A DNA stretch of 64,000 nt from Eledone cirrhosa (taxonomy: Eukaryota): assembly GCA_964016885.1 (NCBI GenBank), contig OZ024740.1:97402001-97466000 (forward strand), written 5' to 3'. The notes beneath the pieces were generated by a model, which ran no database searches, was not told where the DNA came from, and was given only the letters and a program-made list of their open reading frames with translations. The translations under genes and the position numbers were made by a program. This document shows positions 13,146-24,563 of the stretch, piece after piece; position 1 is the first letter of the stretch, and every line of letters starts with the position of its first letter.

Positions 13146-13670
13146 TTTTTCAGTTATAATGTAAAGCGCTCAACAATATAGGAGCAGAATATATGCAAAA
13201 GTTCTATTTAAAGTTGTTGGGATACAACAAGCAAATATTTTTATAACTGATATAAAGCACTCGACAAATTTTTGGAGTCACTGTCCCCCTCTCTCTATAT
13301 AGTATTTCTCTCTCTTGAGTTTCTATTTCTGTATGATGACTTGATATCTCTCTGTTGCTTTCCTTTGTTTTTCTTATTCCTTTCTTTTCTTTCTTTTTTA
13401 TTTCCTCCTATCTTTATCTATCTCTTTCTTTTCTCCATACATTTCTCTCTCCGATATTTCTTCAGGTTTTCTTTCTTTCTCTTTTCTTTCTCTCTCTCTC
13501 TGTCTTTGTTCTTTTATCTTTTTTTCTCTTTCTTTCTCTCCGTCTTTTTCTAATTGTGCTTAACACTATGACTTATTATTTAAACAAATCACTATCCAGA
13601 CAGCCTCTAAAAGTAATGGTTGTATTTTAAAGGGTACGTCAAACCTATTTGTAAAACTGTTATATATTGT

Positions 13671-13733
13671 ATTTTGTCTGATGAAGGCATACCATAATTT
13701 AATGTGGTATCCCTGAAATATGTATAATGAAAT
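13671..13733 (+). ncRNA. Type I hammerhead in the inverted PLE pLTR
   Basis: AUUUUGU-CUGAUGA-AGG C AUACCA..UGGUAU C CCU-GAAA-UAUGUA-UA/AUGAAAU, overlapping AATAAA. Confidence 0.85.
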
Positions 13734-14001
13734 AAATATGGTTTTATAAATATAGTTTCCATTTATTAGTATCGTATATCTACTCCAAAAATTTGTCGAG
13801 TGCTTTATATCAGTTATAAAAATATTTACTTGTTGTATCCCAACAACTTTAAATAGAACTTTTGCATATATATATATTATATATATATTATATATATATT
13901 ATATATATATATATTATATATATATTATATATATATTATATATATATTATATATATATATATTATATATATATATATTATATATATATATCATATATATA
14001 T

Positions 14002-14050
<49 letters not shown>

Positions 14051-14067
14051 ATTATATATCTATCTAT

Positions 14068-14579
14068 CTAAGGCGGGTAAAATTCCCGAGATCCATGGAC
14101 GTGTTCTCTCCAGCGGTCTCTGTCCCTCATTATCGCTGCCATATCCTGCATCTCCAACAGACCAGTGTCTGTCCTTAGGGCATCAACATATGTTAACCTT
14201 GGTCTTCCTCTTCTAGTGTGTAGATTGGGAATACGGAAGATGATGTGGTTGAGAGGAAGAGCAAGGCCTGGGCGGTGTGTCACAGCTTGAGATCGGTGTG
14301 GAAGTCGGACCTTCGTAGAGACCTGAAAATCCGCCTCTTTATTGCTGTAGTGGAGTCTGTGCTGCTGTATGGGTCTGAGACTTGGACACTGACCAAGAGA
14401 CTCACTCAGATGGTGGATGGGTGCTACACGAGAATGCTGAGGATGGCTCTGAACATTAATCAGTATACACTGAGGATTAAAAACTCAGAGCTGTATGGGA
14501 GCATCCCAAAATTCAGCTCAAAAGTGACACAGAGGAGATTGAGGTTGGCTGGACATGCTCACCGACATCCAGAGTTGAC
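14068..14579 (-). mobile_element. 5'-truncated, 5'-inverted RTE/RTE-X LINE 3' end
   Basis: Plus strand 14250-14578 encodes ESVLLYGSETW..RRLRLAGHAHRHPELT; minus strand 14250-14068 encodes the continuation HIIF..RRGRPRLTYVD..DRDRWR; short (TAGA) tail; lies in (TA)n. Confidence 0.85.
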
Positions 14580-14604
14580 ATATTATATATATATATATTA
14601 TATA

Positions 14605-14730
<126 letters not shown>

Positions 14731-14736
14731 ATATAT

Positions 14737-14807
<71 letters not shown>

Positions 14808-14817
14808 ATATATATTA

Positions 14818-14912
<95 letters not shown>

Positions 14913-14976
14913 TATATATATATTTATTATATATATATATATATATTTATTATATATATATATATTTATTTATTTA

Positions 14977-15020
<44 letters not shown>

Positions 15021-15145
15021 AAATAACAAATTAAAATTTCATCTCTGTTTATTTACCATGCGTGTTTTATTATTGATGTTATTGTTTTGGATTAACACTA
15101 CTCTTCTGTAAAAGCCATGCCTTGCGTATTATTCTTAAATCCACT

Positions 15146-15254
15146 TGCTCTGATGCATTGACTGGTTGTAAACAACGTATTGGAGATCGATTGACGCAGC
15201 ATCAAGCGATTAGCGAGCTCTAGGAGCACCAGATCAACGAAACAATTGTCAGCA
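15146..15254 (+). ncRNA. Hammerhead (A9C variant) with about 80-nt stem II
   Basis: UGCU-CUGAUGC-AUUGACUGGU...ACCAGAUCAAC-GAAA-CAAUUG-UC/AGCA; AATAAA at 15260. Confidence 0.65.
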
Positions 15255-15490
15255 CTTTGAATAAAGGCTTTATTGTACAGCCAACGATGTTACTCTTCTT
15301 TCTTTAACTATTATTACTCCAAGTATAACCTGCATAAAAATTACCGCGAACTCGCTGCATCTCTATGGAAGCGTCTTGTTGAGTCAAACTAAGCCGCACG
15401 TTAAAACCATCCACAACACGGACTACTCTAACGGAACAACCTCTAAGTGGATCACCTATAACGATAACTTGATATCCTATTTATATATGA

Positions 15491-15569
<79 letters not shown>

Positions 15570-18500
15570 CATGCCTTCTGTATATCTCCTTAGAATGTTT
15601 TTTTCAGGTTGCATATTTTGAAACACCTTCTTAATAATCAAAATCGTATATCGCCCCCCCCCCCCCATTTGTTGTTCAGTTGATCATCGCCCACCCAACA
15701 GTTGAAGTCGCCCGTTGGTGAGTGATATCACTCAGGTTAGGAAACCCTGATCTAAATAGAGCTCACTTAAAATACTAAATATTGTATTTATTCTCTGAGG
15801 ATTCGTTGAGTAACGATGTATTGCGAGGGAGTTATTAGAGTAATTAATATCTGCAACCATTTCTCGTTGGCCTTGTTATATAACTCGATGATGAAACACA
15901 TGTTAGAATGTATAGTTAAATAGATTTTTCTATTCAAGCCTTGTCTGCTTTTCCTAAAATATTGATATGTATATATTGGGAGCTTCCAGTTAGACTAGTT
16001 AGATAATATTCAGCTAAGTAATCGATACTTGGGAAAATAAAATGTGTATGTAGTTAAAAGTTAGTGCCAGGCAACTAAGCTCAAGCCATTTCCACGATGA
16101 CAGGGTAACTGAATTGATATTTCGTTTTCAGCTATGCCGGATTGCTGTTTCGACAGAGGCAGGGATGTGTGGGGTAAGTTGAGAAAATGGTGTAGTTGGG
16201 AGAGAAGGAGAGAAGGTCACAGAGTGAGCTATTGGGGGGGGGGTCTGTGGCCGACACTCATAGTTTCAAAGTATCTGTCATGATGTCTGTGTCCATGTGT
16301 GCAGGCGCACTCATGCCACTTTTGACTCATGTATTATTTCCCACTGTTAGTTGTGTGGGCATGTGAAAGTTTGCATCTGTGTGACTTGTGTGGTTGTGTA
16401 TTCACTGTGCTATTTTCGAAGGATAGAGATGGCTAAAATTAGGAAAGAATGAAAGTGCTAGTGTCAAAAGACGATGTCAAGGATAGTAAGTATTATTATC
16501 TCTTGCTGTTCTCACTCTACTCCCTTTCTCTCTCCCCTCACCTTTCTTCCATTTTCTATTCTGTTATTTTGGTGCATGTGTTAATGTTTTTGTTGTGTGA
16601 GTGTAGTTTACTACTTTGAGTGTGTGTGGCTATATATATTTCAACTCCTGTGGCTATATTTTATGGGTTTATTGCCACCCCCTACATATGTGGTGTGTGT
16701 GTGTGTGTGTATGTACGTGTGCATGGCTGGTGCTAGTCTTGGTAGATTGATGTTCTGGTTTGCATTCTCCGTCCAGTGGTATTAGTATGAATGTGTGTAC
16801 TAAGGAGGGGGGGGGGGGGTAAATGTGGAAAAGGGTGTTTTGTGTGCTTACTGGGGGCAGGATGATATCACTATGTGCATGTACTTTCTACTCAAGTGTT
16901 GTCCATACATATGTGTTCATCTTAGCAGTGATGTACCTGTGTAAGCATTCTGTCTATGGTTGTGTGTGAAAATACCGACACTTGGAAAATTAGCACGCCC
17001 ACAGCAAGCTCGCTCATATAGTCAAAGAACATGCACATGCAGACTCAAATCAAACCATACTATATGGGGGGAAATAGAAAGAGAGAGAAAGAGAAAGTAA
17101 ATTCACTACAATATTTAACTGGTACTTTATATTTTATTTATTGACACATCCCCCGAAAAATCAAAGGCAAAATTTGACCTTGATAGGATTTGAAATCTGA
17201 ATGCAGGGAGCTGGAATACATAGTGCAAAAATTCCTATCTGGCACTCTAATGACTCTGCCAAATTTATTCCTTAATAGTGGTTGTAGAAGTTTTAACTGT
17301 GTGATGATCATATATCAGACAGTTGTAAATACACAGTGTGAAACACTACGTGATAAAACTTAGCAACAGCCATTTAAATACTATTGATAAATACTCTATC
17401 CTGTCATTTACAATTTGTATTTTATATTCTAGTTTTTGTTGTTATTTTAAAAAAAGATTTAATGGTTAATTGGATAAAGAATGAGACTGCTGGCTTATTG
17501 GTTGCAAATGTGAATCTGCTTTAAGTGATTACTTTTATATCTGCGTAGGTATATTTACTTCTATGTTGGTACAATTAACCTTTTGAACGTGAATGGCTGA
17601 ATTATATATATAGATGATGGTCGTTGGTTGAAGATGTATCAGAATAAAACCAAGAAAAAATGGGTAGAGCTAGTGAGAATTTATCTCAGAATGCTGATAC
17701 TTAGAGAAAAATTCAGTAAGTCAGAGAAAGCTGTGCTAGAGAAGAGTCATACAACAAATGACAGCGTGGAAAGGCGGACATTAAAATAGTAATGATGATG
17801 ATGAAATGGTATTGCTCACAATACCACTCGCCATTTGTTCTAATTTATAAACAAATGTGTTTCATATCTACTAAGGTTCATATGATCATGGAAAAACGGT
17901 CTGTGTTTGAAGTTTTCCAAATGTTGTGGATCCAAATCACAAAACAAAAGTTTAGAGACACAACATTATTCAACAAAGAATTTTTTATAATTTTTAGGAA
18001 TTTAGAACTAGAAAGCCAGTGCAGAGGTCCCCAAATATTTAGAACTATTAGAAAAGGTTAATTATACCTCTGTTCACTTAACTGTAAGGAGTAGGTATCA
18101 AGTTTTTCCCCGAGAAATATTGTTGTGGGAGATTATTGTTGAGTTTAGCAGATTTATCTCTTATATGCTGTTGGTCCACATTGTATAAGGATGCATTCTT
18201 TTATTGTGGAACCAGTACTAGAAATTTATTTTCTAATGATAGGTACAGAAGGAGGTTCAGTGTCCACGTCCTTCACAATTCCTTTAAAACTGGAAAGTTT
18301 GATGCCATTGGTGTTGTGTTTAATCTTTTGCATGCCCACTCCTTTAGAAAAAACACGAGTGGCAGGGTGGGATTGGAGCAGGCCAACATTTTGACTGCCC
18401 CAGGTGTGTGTGTATCTTCTTCACTCTTTCATAGTCAACAATTTATTCGAGGCAAATGTGAATGAATATGAATAAAAAAGGAGTTATGGTCAAGAGGAGA

Positions 18501-19679
18501 GGGTATGTGCGTTATTGTAAAGGATGAAATCAATATATTTTTTAAATGTTCAATATTCTCTATGCATGTTACTGATCCGATAACAGCTCATAGAACCACG
18601 TCTTGGCTGTTTAGTACCTCACATCACTAATCTCTCATGAGTTTGACCACAACCAATTTCTTACAAACATAGGCAGAGAGTTAGAGAGTTAGAAATATAG
18701 ACAGAGAATAAGAGAGTGTGAAAGATAGACAGAAAGAGTCAGAGAGGAAGAGAGTGATAAAGACAGACAGAAAAAGGCAGAGAGTGAGAAAGAAAGACAG
18801 ACAGAGAGTAAAAGGCTAAGAGAGTGAGAAAGATAGACAGAAAGCGTCTGAGAGTAAGGGAATGAGAAAGAGAGACAAAGAGTAGGAAAGTGAGAGAAAT
18901 AGAAAAAGAGAGACAAACAAACAGAGATAGAGAGAAAAGGAACAAGAAATAAAAATGAATCTCATTTTACGTTCGTTTTACCATGCTGTTCCAGGTTTGA
19001 GAGGTTGCCACAAACTAAATCAGTACTTAGAGATATTCTCCTTTTATATGGACTGGGGGCCATCTCTTGCTTACATATATCCCAGATTTTACAGCTGGAT
19101 AGCTTTCATATCACCAACAACAATACAGAATGAACTGGTACCTTATTTCTTGAGCCCCAAAAGATAGCAGCTTAACTAAGCTTTGGCAAGATTTTAACAT
19201 GGAGAGCGGAGAACTGGTATAAATAATGGTTTCAGATTTAGGCATAAGCCCAATAATTTGGAGGGAAGAGTAAGTCAATTAAATTGACCCTGTGCATTGA
19301 TCCCATAGCGATGAAGGGCAAAGTTAACCTCGGCGGAATTTGAACTCAGAATGTAAAGGGATATAACCATATGTTGCAAAGCATGTTCTACGATGTTCTA
19401 CAGATACGGCCAAGCAAAGCATTCTATCTGATGCCCCAACTGACTCTGTAAATTTCCCACCTTCTATAAACGTATATGATTAAACAGAAAATGTTTGAAT
19501 GATACATGATTAAAGGACATTGAACTTCACTAATCAGATGTCTCAGAATCAATACAGAATCAATTGTTATATATACTTTTTTTAATGGAGTCATATCAAT
19601 AATTTCAGTATGGAAAAATAAACAACTAAAATATAACACACTAACCAATAATAAAACAACATGGAGGATGAGGACAGCA

Positions 19680-20760
19680 GTGGTGATGGCGCTGGAGGTG
19701 GGGTAGTGATGATGGTGGTGGGGTTGGTGATGGTGGTGGCAGTGGGGATGATAGGGGTGTTTCTTGTGCTAGGAGTGATAATGGGCATAATAATGATAGA
19801 GATGATGGAAATGATTGTGATATCACTATCATAACTGACACGATGCTAATTGTGGTATACAGAGATTTATACAAATACATAAAGCAAAAATTATTTTTAG
19901 CAAGGCCACACTCTTCTACAGTTGGCAATGATGATGATAAAGATAATGATTGTAATGATGATAATAATGAAGTAAATGATGATGATGAAGAATATCATGT
20001 TGATGATGGTTGTGATGGTACTGGTCAGAGTGGAGATGGTGATGATGATGATGATAACGATGATAATGTGGAAGGGGATGCTGATAGTCGTAGTGCTGGT
20101 GGTGATGGTGTTGGCATTAGTGGTGTAGTAGTGGGGCTTTGACGATGATGATGATGACCGTTGTGATGTAGGTGATGATGACAGTGATGATGATAATGAT
20201 GATGATGATATTGGTGACAATTAAATGATGATGATTATAATGGAGACGATTAAATGTTCAACTGTCATAGAGGTGACTATGGGAACTGATATAGACAAAC
20301 AATGGTTGAAGCATGAATGCTTATTGATGGTTGTGATTCTGGTGGGGGTGGTGGTGGCTGGAATGGCACTGCCAGAGGAGAGGGTAGTGATAGTGCAGGT
20401 GATGGTCGTGGTGGTGGTGGTGGATGAGATGGCAGTAGTGATAGTGATGGTGGTTGTGGTGATGGTGGTGTAGGCTCTTGATAGTAGCTTTAGTGGTAGT
20501 ATTGGTAGTGATGGTATTGGTTATAGTGATAGTGGTGGAGATGATGTTGATAGTGATGTTGGCAGTGAAGGTGGTTAGCAGTGTTGGTGGATGCTGGCAG
20601 TGTTGATGATAATGTTTTTGGAAGAGGTGGTGATGATGGTGGTAGTAGTGTTGGTGTTAATAGCACTAGCAATGATAATGGTGGTGGTGTTGGTTGCAGT
20701 GATGCTAGTATTAGTGCTGATAGTGTCAGGATAGCACAATAATATTGATTATCCCCATGG
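19680..20760. repeat. Degenerate (GAT/GGT)n low-complexity tract
   Basis: Trinucleotide composition. Confidence 0.9.
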
Positions 20761-20825
20761 TGATCATTAAAAATGCCAGAATAAAAATAATGAATAAGAA
20801 TAATGATGAAAATAACAACAACAAC

Positions 20826-20863
<38 letters not shown>

Positions 20864-21114
20864 TTTCATTTATTGGCCACAAGGGCCGACATATAGGGGA
20901 CAACACAATAGACAGGGACAGTGGGGGTTTACATAGAGATCGAGTAAGTATAAATAACAAAAAAACAAAATAACAATAAAAATACAACAATGAAAGTTCC
21001 CCAATAAGAGGGATCACCACCCAGGGTTGACTCAAGCACCCCACCAGTCCTGAGCCACCCGACGCTCCTAGGGCACCCGGGAAGGGCACCCCTCTCCTTC
21101 TCGAATTCACCAGC

Positions 21115-24100
21115 CTACAGGCGCATGATCAGAGTAGGCCCACTCACGCGGGCCATTCTCGCCACATTCACCCACCTTTCAGTAAATGTACTGGGGGGCA
21201 GCACTTCTCTCTCCACCCTCACCTTCCTTTCCAAGTGAAACTTGAAGAAGTTGATGAGGGATTGGCCGAAGAGAAAAGTGTCTGTCTTCAGTCCTTTCAA
21301 CCTGGTCCACCATGCAACCTCTTTCGCTACTGCCACCAGGCAGAGGAAAATTGCCTGCCCTTCCTGACCAAAAGAAGGCGGCGGGTCAATCTTCACTATG
21401 GACTCGGACGATAGCCGGATCCGTTCTACACGCGACAATAGCTGTTCGACATAACCCCACAAGTCAGCAATGCACGGACACTGGACGAGTGCGTGCAGAA
21501 CGGTTTCGTCGCTCTGCGCGCATCTCGGGCAGGTTCGTCTGACAGCACTTCCGTGCCTGTAGAGTTTATCCCGAACCGGCAGCGCCCCCCGGTAGCACTG
21601 CCAAGCGAGGGATTTCTGGAAGTTATCCATCGTCCCCGGCTCGAAAGTCCTCCGGAACATACTGGTCAGTTCTACTTCGTTGACGCCCAGAGCCTCTCCT
21701 AGTACGTCATCGCACTTGCCCTCCACTAATCCTCTATAGAAATCTTGAGTGGAAGTTCCACTGACCGCATTGCCCACCTTGCAGAGTGCAGTGAGCGCCT
21801 GGCAACATTCCAGATTCCAGTCGCCCAGTCTCGGTCTCTTCTTGACCCAGGACTGCAGCTCAGTCAAAGAGATGAGCTGCGGAAAGGCCCGTCTAACAAA
21901 CGGCGACCACACCTGTTCACCGTTTAGGCAAAATATCTGGAGATGTCGCAGCCTCAGCGCATGTCTGCGCATCATTAGCCACGGCATGCCCAGCCCTCCA
22001 CGAAGAGGGTGCTGGCAGCAGATGGACCGCCTCACCAACGGGACCCGTCCCCTCCACAAAAATTTGAAAAGGAGCCGTTCCAAATTGGCGAGGCGTGGAC
22101 GGGGGCAAGGCACGACGGTCAGGCGGTAGTAGATGACGGACGCGATGTACGCGTTCGCCACCTCCGCCCGCCCTTTCAGTGATAGCTTTCTCTCAGCCCA
22201 TTTCTGGGTGAGGTTGGCTATCCTGCTCGTCACCTCGTCCCAATTCTTATCCACCTGGAGGTCTGGTCCGAACCAAACCCCGAGCAACTTTACCGGTCCG
22301 TCTGTCCAGCGCCCAACGACGCTGTTGGACGGCATGGACTTGCCTCTCCAGGTGCCGAGCTGCAAGCCCACCGACTTTTCCGGGTTAAGTTTTGCTCCCG
22401 TCAACCTTTCATATTCCTCCAAATGGGTGCGGATCACCTCGATTTCCGAGGTGTCCGACACCATCACGGTGATGTCGTCCGCATAAGCGGACGCAGCCTT
22501 TCTACGTCCCGGTTCGAGCGGGATGCCCTGCAACAACTCCAGCTTCCGCAGTAGAGGCTCAAGAGTCAATACGTACAGAAGTGAGGAGAGAGGGCACCCT
22601 TGACGGACCGATCGAGAGATCTGAAACGGTTCCGAGAGGTGGCCATTAACTTTGACCACCGAGCGGATGCCGCTGTACATTGCAGCGATCCAGCTTCTGA
22701 AGACGGGGCCGAAGCCAGCCGCCTCGAGGACAGCCTCCAAGTACCGATGGTCGACCCTATCGAATGCTTTCGATTGATCTAAATTGATCAGAGCCCCACC
22801 GAAGCCAGGTTTGCACCCAACCCTCTCTATGATGTATCGCATGAGGTGGAGGTTGTCGTGTATGGACCTGGTCGGGATTGCGCAAGTTTGCGCCTCCCCA
22901 ACCAAATCTTTGACGACAAGCGCCAACCTTTTCGCTAACACCTTGGCCAAAATCTTAAACTCTGTGTTGAGCAGGGTTATGGGCCTGAAATTATCTAGTG
23001 TGTCCCTCTTGTTCTCGTCTTTCCTTATCAGCGTCACTACGCCACGGCTCACAGAACTGGGAATGCTCCCGTTCTGCTGCCAGTTGCAGTAGAGCGCTTC
23101 GAGGAGATCGGAGAACAAGTCTGGCATATTTACGTAAAGCTCGTAGGGCAGACCATCCAAACCGGGTGACTTGCGACTCGAGCAGCCGACAAGGGCGTCC
23201 TGAATTTCGGCTGATGTTATCGGCTCTTCGCAGCGCTCAGCGTCGGCCGTCGAGAGGCGTGGCAAGCCGTCGAGGTAGGGACTGAAGTCCGCCGCCGTCT
23301 CCGACTCACCCATCCTCCCGAACAATCGAGCAAAGTGCTGGCGAAAGGCCTCACACATCTGCTTGGAATCGCTCAGTTCGTGTCCATCTCGATCCGTCAA
23401 AGACCGAATTGTGGTTTTATTTCCACGCTGCGTCTCTGCAAAGCGAGCCCATCGGGCAGCTTTGGTTCCCTCGTTCCTCAGAGCACGCGCCTTAGCTCTG
23501 ACAATGCAACCTTCGTGTTTCGCATTGAAGAAATGGTCTAGTGCCATTCTCGCCGCTAGCACGTCTGTTGCAATGCCACTACAAATAGCCTCGTCTAACT
23601 TAGCTATCAGCCCCTCCTCTTTTCTATTTTTCTCTATTGCTACTTCTTTGCTAAATCCTATCGAGGTTGCTCTAATCTCTCTTTTGAGTGCCCCCCACCA
23701 CCTGTTGTTGACAACCCCCCCTGTCAACTTTTGCTTAACTAAGTTGTTGACCCGGTCCCTGTAAGCTTTACGTGCCGGAAACGACATGTTTAGCTTCCAG
23801 TAGCTAGGTCCTAACCTACGTGTCTTATCTAGGTCGACCATACAGATCACAAGCTTGTGATCTGAATAGGCAACCGTTTTAAAATGTGGACATCCTACAC
23901 TATTTCTATCTCTTTTCCTAATGAAAATCCTATCTATGTACGATCTAGATGACCCTATGCGATTGGTCCAGGTCCATACTGGCGCATTAGGGAAATCTAG
24001 TCGGTACCTGTCAGACAGTTGAAACTGGCTGATCAGGTACTTGAGGCTTTTGCACCCCCCGCTCCTATCAGATACTCCCACACAATCCCAGCGTGCTTCT

Positions 24101-24534
24101 AAGATGCCATTCCAATCCCCTATTAACAGTAAAGGGCGAGACGTAAGCAGAAAGTTTTCCAGGCGCCTAAAGAAGTCCGGCCGACCGGCCCCAGTAGGGG
24201 CGTAGACGGCCACCAGTCTAAAGGCACCACCTTCGCTATTGCTCACGTCCAGGACCACCAACTTTCCGTCAGGATCCCGGAAGATTGACCTTACCTCGAG
24301 ATCCAGACATTTCCTAAACAGCACAGCCACTCCACCTCCCATTCCCGGCCGACTAACAGATGCAAAGATCTGATAATCGTCGAAAATCGGCGCCAGTGCG
24401 CGTGTGTCGGAAATTCTGGTCTCGCTGATGGCAATTACATCTATTCCTAGTGACCTGAGGTCGTTGAGCAAGTGACCTTGCTTCCAGGGCGACCCCAGGC
24501 CACGAACATTTAAACTTCCTACTCTTATGGCCAT
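21115..24534 (-). CDS. LINE ORF2: APE endonuclease + reverse transcriptase + C-terminal CCHC
   Basis: 1139 aa; SLNVRGL, ISET, VYAP, GDWN, YIDRIF, SDH; KSPGLDG, FRPITLLN, LDQSKAFDRV, RQGCPLS, AYADD; CPRC..ETVLHALVQC. Confidence 0.97.
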   Translation of the reverse strand: MAIRVGSLNVRGLGSPWKQGHLLNDLRSLGIDVIAISETRISDTRALAPIFDDYQIFASVSRPGMGGGVAVLFRKCLDLEVRSIFRDPDGKLVVLDVSNSEGGAFRLVAVYAPTGAGRPDFFRRLENFLLTSRPLLLIGDWNGILEARWDCVGVSDRSGGCKSLKYLISQFQLSDRYRLDFPNAPVWTWTNRIGSSRSYIDRIFIRKRDRNSVGCPHFKTVAYSDHKLVICMVDLDKTRRLGPSYWKLNMSFPARKAYRDRVNNLVKQKLTGGVVNNRWWGALKREIRATSIGFSKEVAIEKNRKEEGLIAKLDEAICSGIATDVLAARMALDHFFNAKHEGCIVRAKARALRNEGTKAARWARFAETQRGNKTTIRSLTDRDGHELSDSKQMCEAFRQHFARLFGRMGESETAADFSPYLDGLPRLSTADAERCEEPITSAEIQDALVGCSSRKSPGLDGLPYELYVNMPDLFSDLLEALYCNWQQNGSIPSSVSRGVVTLIRKDENKRDTLDNFRPITLLNTEFKILAKVLAKRLALVVKDLVGEAQTCAIPTRSIHDNLHLMRYIIERVGCKPGFGGALINLDQSKAFDRVDHRYLEAVLEAAGFGPVFRSWIAAMYSGIRSVVKVNGHLSEPFQISRSVRQGCPLSSLLYVLTLEPLLRKLELLQGIPLEPGRRKAASAYADDITVMVSDTSEIEVIRTHLEEYERLTGAKLNPEKSVGLQLGTWRGKSMPSNSVVGRWTDGPVKLLGVWFGPDLQVDKNWDEVTSRIANLTQKWAERKLSLKGRAEVANAYIASVIYYRLTVVPCPRPRLANLERLLFKFLWRGRVPLVRRSICCQHPLRGGLGMPWLMMRRHALRLRHLQIFCLNGEQVWSPFVRRAFPQLISLTELQSWVKKRPRLGDWNLECCQALTALCKVGNAVSGTSTQDFYRGLVEGKCDDVLGEALGVNEVELTSMFRRTFEPGTMDNFQKSLAWQCYRGALPVRDKLYRHGSAVRRTCPRCAQSDETVLHALVQCPCIADLWGYVEQLLSRVERIRLSSESIVKIDPPPSFGQEGQAIFLCLVAVAKEVAWWTRLKGLKTDTFLFGQSLINFFKFHLERKVRVEREVLPPSTFTERWVNVARMARVSGPTLIMRL

Positions 24535-24563
24535 GCTGGCAGGATGAATGGGAGAGGAAAGGT

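Larger units (their letters stand above)
9033..13866 (-). mobile_element. Near full-length Penelope-like element (Naiad-type): inverted 5' pLTR, partial direct pLTR, ORF and 3' pLTR, in (TA)n
   Basis: 3' pLTR at 9033-~9665; direct partial copy at 13194-13278; inverted copy at ~13285-13866; RT and GIY-YIG ORF in between. Confidence 0.92.
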
